DNA of 64,000 nucleotides from Candidatus Kapaibacterium sp. (GTDB lineage Bacteria; Bacteroidota; Ignavibacteria; Kapaibacteriales; UBA2268). A program made the translations under genes and the position numbers. The stretch lies in the NCBI GenBank assembly GCA_963665665.1, contig OY762428.1, positions 4,992,001 through 5,056,000 of the forward strand, written 5' to 3'. Position 1 is the stretch's first letter. The number at the start of each line of letters is the position of its first letter. Below are positions 20,340 through 27,900 of the stretch, in pieces. Below the pieces are notes generated by a model, which ran no database searches, was not told the origin of the DNA, and saw only the letters and a program-made list of their open reading frames with translations.

Positions 20340-20449
20340 TATCGTGGCTGGCTTTCTGAGGGCTTTTTATTGCCCGAAGTGAAAAAATTGATCCGGATCT
20401 TCTAAAAAATACAAAAACTAATTTTATAACTTTTCGATGGAGTAATACT

Positions 20450-20683
20450 ATGGAAGTATTAATAGCAATTTTATGGTACCTGCAGATATTCTTCGTAGAC
20501 GTAAGCTACACAACACATGAAGTTGACAACATGATAATCGATAATCAGGATGCAATCGAAGCAGTACATTCCGATAATAATCTTACTAACCAGATAGTAA
20601 ATGACTACAACACAAAATGTCCTGACGGCACAACAAACGTAGTGGAAACCTGGGAAGAAGAACCGGAACCGATTCTTGACTAA
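20450..20683 (+). CDS. 77-aa peptide, copy 1 (hydrophobic N-terminus, acidic WEEEPEPILD C-terminus)
   Basis: GGAG RBS; differences between copies are biased to synonymous sites. Confidence 0.85.
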   Translation: MEVLIAILWYLQIFFVDVSYTTHEVDNMIIDNQDAIEAVHSDNNLTNQIVNDYNTKCPDGTTNVVETWEEEPEPILD

Positions 20684-20735
20684 TAACAACAACTTATTTA
20701 ATAAAAGAAATTAACAAACTAAGAAAGGCAAAACA

Positions 20736-20969
20736 ATGGAAGTATTAATAGCAATTTTATGGTACCTGCAGATATTCTTTGTGGACGTAACCTACACAAC
20801 ACATGAAGTTGACGACATGATAATTGATAATCAGGATGCAATCGAAGCAATACATTCCGATAATAATCTTACTAACCAGATAGTAAATGACTACAACACA
20901 AAATGTCCTGACGGCACAACAAACGTAGTAGAAACCTGGGAAGAAGAACCGGAACCGATTCTCGACTAA
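20736..20969 (+). CDS. 77-aa peptide, copy 2 (S19T, N27D, V39I)
   Basis: AAAGG RBS; intact ORF. Confidence 0.85.
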   Translation: MEVLIAILWYLQIFFVDVTYTTHEVDDMIIDNQDAIEAIHSDNNLTNQIVNDYNTKCPDGTTNVVETWEEEPEPILD

Positions 20970-21021
20970 TGACAATAACTTATTTAATAAAAGAAATTAA
21001 CAAACTAAGAAAGGCAAAACA

Positions 21022-21255
21022 ATGGAAGTATTAATAGCAATTTTATGGTACCTGCAGATATTCTTTGTGGACGTAACCTACACAACACAAGAAGTTGACA
21101 ACATGATAATTGATAATCAGGATGCAATCGAAGCTGTACATTCCGATAATAATCTTACTAACCAGATAGTAAATGACTACAACACAAAATGTCCTGACGG
21201 CACAACAAACGTAGTGGAAACCTGGGAAGAAGAACCGGAACCGATTCTTGACTAA
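21022..21255 (+). CDS. 77-aa peptide, copy 3 (S19T, H23Q)
   Basis: AAAGG RBS; intact ORF. Confidence 0.85.
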   Translation: MEVLIAILWYLQIFFVDVTYTTQEVDNMIIDNQDAIEAVHSDNNLTNQIVNDYNTKCPDGTTNVVETWEEEPEPILD

Positions 21256-21307
21256 TAACAACAACTTATTTAATAAAAGAAATTAACAAACTAAGAAAGG
21301 CAAAACA

Positions 21308-21541
21308 ATGGAAGTATTAATAGCAATTTTATGGTACCTGCAGATATTCTTCGTAGACGTAAGCTACACAACACATGAAGTTGACAACATGATAATCGAT
21401 AATCAGGATGCAATCGAAGCAGTACATTCCGATAATAATCTTACTAACCAGATAGTAAATGACTACAACACAAAATGTCCTGACGGCACAACAAACGTAG
21501 TGGAAACCTGGGAAGAAGAACCGGAACCGATTCTTGACTAA
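21308..21541 (+). CDS. 77-aa peptide, copy 4 (same as copy 1)
   Basis: AAAGG RBS; intact ORF. Confidence 0.85.
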   Translation: MEVLIAILWYLQIFFVDVSYTTHEVDNMIIDNQDAIEAVHSDNNLTNQIVNDYNTKCPDGTTNVVETWEEEPEPILD

Positions 21542-21593
21542 TAACAACAACTTATTTAATAAAAGAAATTAACAAACTAAGAAAGGCAAAACA

Positions 21594-21827
21594 ATGGAAG
21601 TATTAATAGCAATTTTATGGTACCTGCAGATATTCTTTGTGGACGTAAGCTACACAACACATGAAGTTGACAACATGATAATCGATAATCAGGATGCAAT
21701 CGAAGCGGTACATTCCGATAATAATCTTACTAACCAGATAGTAAATGACTACAACACAAAATGTCCTGACGGCACAACAAACGTAGTGGAAACCTGGGAA
21801 GAAGAACCGGAACCGATTCTTGACTAA
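21594..21827 (+). CDS. 77-aa peptide, copy 5 (protein same as copy 1; synonymous changes only)
   Basis: AAAGG RBS; intact ORF. Confidence 0.85.
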   Translation: MEVLIAILWYLQIFFVDVSYTTHEVDNMIIDNQDAIEAVHSDNNLTNQIVNDYNTKCPDGTTNVVETWEEEPEPILD

Positions 21828-21879
21828 TAACAACAACTTATTTAATAAAAGAAATTAACAAACTAAGAAAGGCAAAACA

Positions 21880-22113
21880 ATGGAAGTATTAATAGCAATT
21901 TTATGGTACCTGCAGATATTCTTTGTGGACGTAAGCTACACAACACATGAAGTTGACAACATGATAATTGATAATAAGGACGCAATCGAAGCAGTACATT
22001 CCGATAATAATCTTACTAACCAGATAGTAAATGACTACAACACAAAATGTCCTGACGGCACAACAAACGTAGTGGAAACCTGGGAAGAAGAACCGGAACC
22101 GATTCTTGACTAA
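21880..22113 (+). CDS. 77-aa peptide, copy 6 (Q33K)
   Basis: AAAGG RBS; intact ORF. Confidence 0.85.
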   Translation: MEVLIAILWYLQIFFVDVSYTTHEVDNMIIDNKDAIEAVHSDNNLTNQIVNDYNTKCPDGTTNVVETWEEEPEPILD

Positions 22114-22163
22114 TGAATAAGATGAAAAATAATTTGAAAATCAATAAAATAAAGGATTAAATC

Positions 22164-22379
22164 ATGGCTTTTATTATTGCAATAATCTGGTATGTAATGT
22201 CTCTATTTACGATACAGGAAAATACAACAAGCGAAATCGATAGCATTATTGACTCTGATAATATTTCAAACAAAGTTGATAATCAGAAAACTGAGATGAT
22301 CAATGTCAAGTCTGACAAAAATCAGATCAAACTGAATCCTGAAGTTTGGGAAGAAGAACCGGAGCCGATGATTGACTGA
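22164..22379 (+). CDS. 71-aa diverged paralogue of the array peptide
   Basis: AAGGA RBS; N-terminal IIAIIWY and C-terminal EVWEEEPEPMID match the array peptide; the middle is diverged. Confidence 0.85.
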   Translation: MAFIIAIIWYVMSLFTIQENTTSEIDSIIDSDNISNKVDNQKTEMINVKSDKNQIKLNPEVWEEEPEPMID

Positions 22380-22386
22380 TAGATGA

Positions 22387-25300
22387 TCAATCTTTAACAT
22401 AAGGCTTTAAAAATTCTCTGATTGCTTTCATTTTGAATGATTCAGCAGGTTTTCTTAGCATATTGGCGAAATCTTTTAATTCAGGAGATGTATCCGGAAT
22501 TTTATCTAATTTATCTAATAGTGTTTTAATATCGCCGACCAAAGCCAGTTGGAATAGCTCTCTGGCAATTTCCGGAGGAGGCCCGATTATATCTCGTGAA
22601 AATTTTGTGTTTTCAAATTGTTCCTTAAAATCATTTTTCTTATTCCACTTAATTTTTAGCAATCTGGCAATTGTTATCATTACTTCCCTGGTGTCAAAAG
22701 GCTTGGCAATAAAACCATTGCATCCGGCTTTCATGCACTCCTGTTTTGTTTCTTCGAAAGCACTTGCGCTAAGGGCAACAATTGGAAGTTTTTTGTATTC
22801 TGATAATTTTCTTATTTCAACTGTTGTCTCAATTCCACTTTTACCGGGCATAATAATATCCATTAGCACCAGATCAGGCTTTTCTGAATCGATGATGCCA
22901 ATAGTTTCGAAACCATCATTAGCTTCTATTACCTGAAAACCAATAGGCTCAAGCAATTTTTTGATAATAAATCTGTTTTCCCATTTATCATCTACAACCA
23001 GTATTTTAATTTTCTTTCCTGAATAACCCACAATCATTTCAGGCTGAATAATTTCCTTTTCTTCTGAATGGTCAATTAATCCGGCGTTTATCGTAAAGTA
23101 GAAGTAGCTACCCTTGCCGGGTGCACTTTTTACTTTCAGATTTCCACCCATAAGATCAACAATTTTATTGCTAATAGATAGTCCGAGCCCTGTACCGTCG
23201 GTATGATTGGTTTTGCTGCCTACCTGACTGAAAGGTTTGAAAATATGTTTTACTTCATTTTCATCTATGCCTATACCAGTATCGGAAACGGAAAATCTTA
23301 TTCTGATTTTTGAATTATAATTTCTTTCAATATCTGTTGATAGTGTAATATTTCCGGAGTTAGTAAATTTAACAGCATTCCCGAGAAGGTTCAGTATTAC
23401 CTGTCGTAATCTTTTTTCATCAGCAAGAATTCTATAATCATCTTTTGGGAAATTACAAATAAAATCAAGTTGCTTTTCTTCTGATCTGACCTTAATAATT
23501 TCAGATATCTTCCTGAGAAACTCCATCAGGGAAAATTCAGATGGAATGATATCCAATTTTCCGGCTTCAATTTTTGAAAGGTCCAGAATATCGTTGATCA
23601 GTAAGAGCAGGTGTCTTCCACTATTTTCAATTATTTCAACCCCTTTTTTCTGAGCCGGCAATAAGTTCCGGTCTTTTTCCAGTATCTGTGCGTACCCGAG
23701 AATCCCGTTCAAAGGTGTTCTTAGTTCATGGCTCATATTTGCCAGGAATTCACTTTTCGCTCTGTTTGCTGTTTCGGCAGCTTCTTTTGCTATCAGAAGG
23801 TCATTTTCATATCTTTGCCGTTCAAGTTCAGCTCCAATTCTTGTTGCAAATATTTTCAGAAGTGTTTCACTCCACGACAATTTTTGCATTGGTTTTATAT
23901 CCATTATATATACATGCCCTATTGGATTCCCTGATGTATCGAATATCGGAAGCCCCCAGTAACTTTCAATTTGATTTTTTTCAAGAAATTTATCATCCGG
24001 GAATATTTTGGATAAATTTTCCCTTACAAGATGCATTTGCTTCCCGAAGACTTTTTCGCAAGGGGTGTTCGTTATGTCGTACTCATTTTTCCGGCTGAAC
24101 TCTGATCCTTTCCAAAGAGCTTTAATACTCATTATTGGCAACCCTTTTTCAGATTTTTCGGATATGCCTGCATATTGCACTCCGAGAGTTGATGCCAGAT
24201 ATTTTACTATCTCCTTCAGGTATTCATTGGATCTGACTTTAGCTGTTCCCTGGAAAATTTTTCTGAAGGCTTGTTCTTCTAATTTCCTGTTGTGTATGTC
24301 ACGGCAGGTTCCGATCATTCTGGTCGGACGGTTCCTTTTATTTCTTTCAACTATCTTTCCCCTGTCGTGTACCCAGATATAGGATCCGTCGCTTTTTTTA
24401 AGCCTGTATTCCACCGAGTAGGTATCTGTATTTTCATTTATGGATTTGAATAATTGAGAGATTGTCCGGCGGTAATCATCAGGATGCAAAAGTTCCTGCC
24501 ATTTTTTAATATTGAATTTAAAACTATTTGGCTCGTAGTCAAGCATTTTGAAATAATTATCGCTGATCAGTGCTTCGTTATTGATTATATCGAAATCATA
24601 AAGGCCGTCTTTGGTAGCTTCCAGGGAATGATGAAGCCTGTTTTGGCTAATTCTAAGCTGTTCTTCAATATTTTTTCTTTCCCTGATCTCGTCTCTGAGT
24701 TTTTTATTTGTTTCAAGCAATTCAGATGTTCTTTCACGAACTTTAATTTCGAGTAGTTCATGAGATTTTTTCAGGTTTCTCTCGTCTCTTTTACGCCTGG
24801 TTATATCTCTGATAATGATTTGTTGAGAATTCTTTCCCTTGTAATTGAACGGAATACCCGAAATTTCAACTTCAATTACTTTGCCGTTCAATCGGATTAT
24901 TTTCTGTTCGGTAAATGGCTCAACAAGTCCGTGAATCAATATCTGGCTTCCGCGTCTTTTGAATTCGTCCTGATATTCTGGATGGATGAAACCAATTATC
25001 GACAAACCAATAATCTCATCAGCCGAATCAGCTCCGAGCAAACTGACTCCGGATGGATTAATAAAATCAATAATATTATTTGTATGAATAATTATTGTAT
25101 CCGGGGATACTTCCACGAGTTTTCTGTATCTTTCCTCGCTAAGTGCAAGTTCCCGCTCTGTTTTTTTTCTAATTGAAATTTCCTGCTTCATATCGTCGTA
25201 AAGCCTGGCATTTTCGAGTGATATGGAAAGCTGGGAACTAAGAATATCAATAAGCTCTAATTTTTCGGGAGTAAAAACATCAAAATCTTTATCATTTTCC

Positions 25301-25728
25301 AGATACAATATTCCGGATACATCCTGTTTTGGTATCAGGGGGATAGAAATAAACGACAAGATACCGGAATCCCGCAGAAAACTATCGATTGAATACTGGC
25401 CGTTTTCAAAAATATTATTTATCACTATTTTGTCCTTTTTATTGAAAGTATCTTCAATAACTTCAGAACTTAGTATATGGTTTTCGTGAATAGGGATGGC
25501 CTGGGTAACCTTGATGCTTTTGCCGATTTTTGTTCCAAGGATCTCTACTCCGAGCCCGGATGGCCTTTTTAGCAGAATAAAACCCCGGGTAATATTAATA
25601 TTTTCCATTATCAGGGACATCAGTTTTACCATTAGCCGGCTCAGGTCAATTTCACCGGAAATTGCCTGAGTAAAATTTATTATGGTTCTTAATTCAAGAT
25701 TGTCAGATTTTTTTATATCAGGATTCAT
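22387..25728 (-). CDS. Cytoplasmic hybrid histidine kinase (GAF-PAS-PAS-GAF-HisKA-HATPase-REC)
   Basis: GAF (GILYLEN..F..LSSQLSISLENARLY); two PAS/PAC domains; FLANMSHELRTPLN; NLLGNAVKF; GTGLGL; REC ILVVDD..DIIMP..KP. Confidence 0.95.
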   Translation of the reverse strand: MNPDIKKSDNLELRTIINFTQAISGEIDLSRLMVKLMSLIMENINITRGFILLKRPSGLGVEILGTKIGKSIKVTQAIPIHENHILSSEVIEDTFNKKDKIVINNIFENGQYSIDSFLRDSGILSFISIPLIPKQDVSGILYLENDKDFDVFTPEKLELIDILSSQLSISLENARLYDDMKQEISIRKKTERELALSEERYRKLVEVSPDTIIIHTNNIIDFINPSGVSLLGADSADEIIGLSIIGFIHPEYQDEFKRRGSQILIHGLVEPFTEQKIIRLNGKVIEVEISGIPFNYKGKNSQQIIIRDITRRKRDERNLKKSHELLEIKVRERTSELLETNKKLRDEIRERKNIEEQLRISQNRLHHSLEATKDGLYDFDIINNEALISDNYFKMLDYEPNSFKFNIKKWQELLHPDDYRRTISQLFKSINENTDTYSVEYRLKKSDGSYIWVHDRGKIVERNKRNRPTRMIGTCRDIHNRKLEEQAFRKIFQGTAKVRSNEYLKEIVKYLASTLGVQYAGISEKSEKGLPIMSIKALWKGSEFSRKNEYDITNTPCEKVFGKQMHLVRENLSKIFPDDKFLEKNQIESYWGLPIFDTSGNPIGHVYIMDIKPMQKLSWSETLLKIFATRIGAELERQRYENDLLIAKEAAETANRAKSEFLANMSHELRTPLNGILGYAQILEKDRNLLPAQKKGVEIIENSGRHLLLLINDILDLSKIEAGKLDIIPSEFSLMEFLRKISEIIKVRSEEKQLDFICNFPKDDYRILADEKRLRQVILNLLGNAVKFTNSGNITLSTDIERNYNSKIRIRFSVSDTGIGIDENEVKHIFKPFSQVGSKTNHTDGTGLGLSISNKIVDLMGGNLKVKSAPGKGSYFYFTINAGLIDHSEEKEIIQPEMIVGYSGKKIKILVVDDKWENRFIIKKLLEPIGFQVIEANDGFETIGIIDSEKPDLVLMDIIMPGKSGIETTVEIRKLSEYKKLPIVALSASAFEETKQECMKAGCNGFIAKPFDTREVMITIARLLKIKWNKKNDFKEQFENTKFSRDIIGPPPEIARELFQLALVGDIKTLLDKLDKIPDTSPELKDFANMLRKPAESFKMKAIREFLKPYVKD

Positions 25729-25817
25729 TGGTAATATAAGGTATATAATATAAAAATTACGCTATGATAATAAATTAAAATATTTGAGTGAAATAACAAA
25801 ACCGGTGAGTAAAAATA

Positions 25818-26132
25818 TCAACTGATAAGAAGCTTTTCTATTCTGTCAACTATATCTTTTTTGTCAATAATACCAATAAACCTTTGAATTTCTATTCCGT
25901 CATGGAAGATAACAACTGTTGGAAGATATTTAATATCCAGATTGTTTATCAACAATTCATTGCCTTCGATATTTACAGACTTCTTTATTACAAGTCCATG
26001 GTATTCAAATTCAATTTCATCTAATATCGGTTTATTAATATGACACGGCCCGCACCAATCGGCTGCAAATTCCACAAGGCAGGGAATTTTTGATTGCAAA
26101 ATGCTTGTCCATATTAAGTTGTTATTTTCCAT
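25818..26132 (-). CDS. Thioredoxin
   Basis: WCGPC active site and cis-Pro motif LPT; 104 aa. Confidence 0.9.
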   Translation of the reverse strand: MENNNLIWTSILQSKIPCLVEFAADWCGPCHINKPILDEIEFEYHGLVIKKSVNIEGNELLINNLDIKYLPTVVIFHDGIEIQRFIGIIDKKDIVDRIEKLLIS

Positions 26133-26183
26133 GTAAAAGATTCACCAAGTATCAGAACCGTCCGGATATTTTTCCTTTAGTTT

Positions 26184-26200
26184 TTCAATTGCCGTGCCAG
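26184..26200 (-). promoter_or_regulatory. Sigma-54 (-24/-12) promoter candidate
   Basis: Minus strand reads CTGGCACGGCAATTGAA: consensus -24 element and correctly spaced TTG, ~50 bp upstream of the thioredoxin ATG. Confidence 0.6.
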
Positions 26201-26677
26201 ATAAAACTGTTAAATACCTTTATGTTCTAAACGATTATCGTAAAGAATAATTACAGATAATCAGATTCAGCATGATTTCATCATTGGTATTCATGCTGAA
26301 TCGGTATAGCGTAGATTTCCGTTGATAATCGTGGGAATATCCGAACTCCTGATGTTTTAAAATAATCAGCGAGTAAGAAGAACAATAGCGTAAAACATAA
26401 ATATCGAATATATCAACAATGATATATGATAGTAGAATGAAATGCTCCCTATTGCTTAGACAAATAAAAGTATAGTTTATGGTGTTTATTAATCTATACT
26501 TCTTCTCTAATAAAATAAGAAAAAAATATGTAATAATATTAATTTTTCTTTTTTTTGCTACTTTTTTTTCTTTTTGTTAACAACCTGGAAATTGTGGATA
26601 ACTTTCACTCTCCTTTCTATTTCTTTTTTTATCAATTGCTTACCGGATTACATTTTTTCACTTTTCCAACAAAGTTT

Positions 26678-27523
26678 TCAATTAACGAACCGCTGTTCGT
26701 TCATATATTTTTCAGCCGGAATCTGGTATTCAATTCCTGCGTGCGGCCTCGTGTTGTTATACCAATCGACATAAGCCTTTATACCGCCATAGAGCTCTTT
26801 TCCGTCTTCGTAAGACTTCAGATACAGGTCTTCGTATTTAAAGCTCCGCCAGAAGCGTTCTATGTAAACATTGTCCAAGGCGCGGCCCTTGCCGTCCATG
26901 CTTACCTTAACATCAGCATCCAGAATCGTTTTCACAAAATCATTGCTCGTGAACTGACTGCCCTGATCCGTGTTTGTTATTTCCGGTTTCCTGGTTTTCA
27001 AAGACCTTTTTATTGTATCTATGCAGAACTCCTTCTCAAGGTTATTCGATAATTCCCAGTCGACGATATACCTGCTATAAACATCTATAATTGCTATAAG
27101 ATACATAAATCCTTTACGCATCGGAATATATGTTATATCCAGGCTCCAAACCTGATCCGGACGACTTATTTTCATATCCCTCAACAGGTATGGATAAATT
27201 TTGTGCTCCTTGTTCGGTTTGCTCGTGTCCGGTTGGGGATATATTGCCCGAAGTCCCAATAATTTCATTAATCGCCTGATTCGTTTATAGTTAACATGGT
27301 ATCCCAAAGAACGTAAGTGTGCTGTCATTTTTCTGGCTCCATAAAATGGAGTAATCGCGAATTGTTCTTTGATCAGCTTCATATATAGAATATTTGCTTC
27401 ACTTTCACCCTTGGGTTTGTAATAATAACAGCTCCTGCTAATACCCAAAAGCTCGCACTGCCGGCTTATGCTAATTTCTTTATTATCAGCATCTACCATC
27501 TTCCTGCGTTCTTCTTTACTCAC
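26678..27523 (-). CDS. IS3 transposase OrfB (DDE integrase core)
   Basis: WSLDITY, TDQGSQF and NVYIERFWRSFKYE motifs; -1 frame relative to orfA behind an A10 slippery run (27531-27540). Confidence 0.95.
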   Translation of the reverse strand: MSKEERRKMVDADNKEISISRQCELLGISRSCYYYKPKGESEANILYMKLIKEQFAITPFYGARKMTAHLRSLGYHVNYKRIRRLMKLLGLRAIYPQPDTSKPNKEHKIYPYLLRDMKISRPDQVWSLDITYIPMRKGFMYLIAIIDVYSRYIVDWELSNNLEKEFCIDTIKRSLKTRKPEITNTDQGSQFTSNDFVKTILDADVKVSMDGKGRALDNVYIERFWRSFKYEDLYLKSYEDGKELYGGIKAYVDWYNNTRPHAGIEYQIPAEKYMNEQRFVN

Positions 27524-27803
27524 GGCCCAATTTTTTTTTTAACCAGTCTAATTCAATTTTTAGCCGGCCTATTTCTTCATATAATACTGATTCGTCTTTT
27601 TCTTTTTTATTCTTCCCTGGCCCACGCTTGTTTTCAAATACTTCCTTTTCACTTTCTTTTAAATGCTTTTTCCACATGCTTATCTGGTTTGGATGAACCC
27701 CGTACTCCGATGCCAGCTCGGTTATTGTTTTTCTCTCTTGGACTGCCTCCAGGGCTACCTGCATTTTGAATTTTGAACTGTAATTTCTTCGTTTGTTTGC
27801 CAT
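27516..27803 (-). CDS. IS3 transposase OrfA (HTH)
   Basis: RRNYSSKFKMQVALEA..TITELASEYGVHPNQISMWKK; ends LDWLKKK at the frameshift site. Confidence 0.95.
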   Translation of the reverse strand: MANKRRNYSSKFKMQVALEAVQERKTITELASEYGVHPNQISMWKKHLKESEKEVFENKRGPGKNKKEKDESVLYEEIGRLKIELDWLKKKLGRE

Positions 27804-27900
27804 TTGATGCTCCTTTTGATTTTTTGCAAGTTAAGATTATTTCACCTTAAATCGCTGTTTTTTTTAAAGGAAGCCGTTCAGAATATCAGATTAAATATAT

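Larger units (their letters stand above)
20450..22113 (+). repeat. Tandem array of six gene-containing units with an exact 286-bp period
   Basis: ATGs at 20450, 20736, 21022, 21308, 21594 and 21880; units differ by a few SNPs. Confidence 0.98.
26438..27880 (-). mobile_element. IS3-family insertion sequence (1443 bp) with a 3-bp GAA target duplication
   Basis: Plus-strand ends TGAAATGCTCCCTAT.. and ..AAAGGAAGCCGTTCA form imperfect TG..CA inverted repeats; GAA at 26435-26437 and 27881-27883; contains orfA and orfB. Confidence 0.85.

Noticed and set aside
20349-20363. Sigma-54 promoter for the peptide array
   Set aside because: Only the GG-N10-GC spacing matches; too weak to call.
20471-21836. 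Minus-strand 72-73 aa ORFs within the array
   Set aside because: Antisense shadows: SNPs are synonymous in the plus frame and the RBSs serve the plus-strand genes.
20450-22113. 286-bp array as a CRISPR array or pure assembly artefact
   Set aside because: Whole units repeat with no unique spacers and no cas genes are present; copies carry distinct, mostly synonymous SNPs.
20450-22379. Peptides as RiPP precursors (TKCPD..EEE vaguely recalls the microviridin TxKYPSD core)
   Set aside because: The match is poor and missing from the seventh peptide; no ATP-grasp, radical SAM, Lan, YcaO or peptidase-containing transporter gene is in the window. Enzymes encoded elsewhere cannot be excluded.
26593-26601. 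DnaA box as evidence of oriC
   Set aside because: A single box inside an IS tail, with no cluster and no dnaA context.
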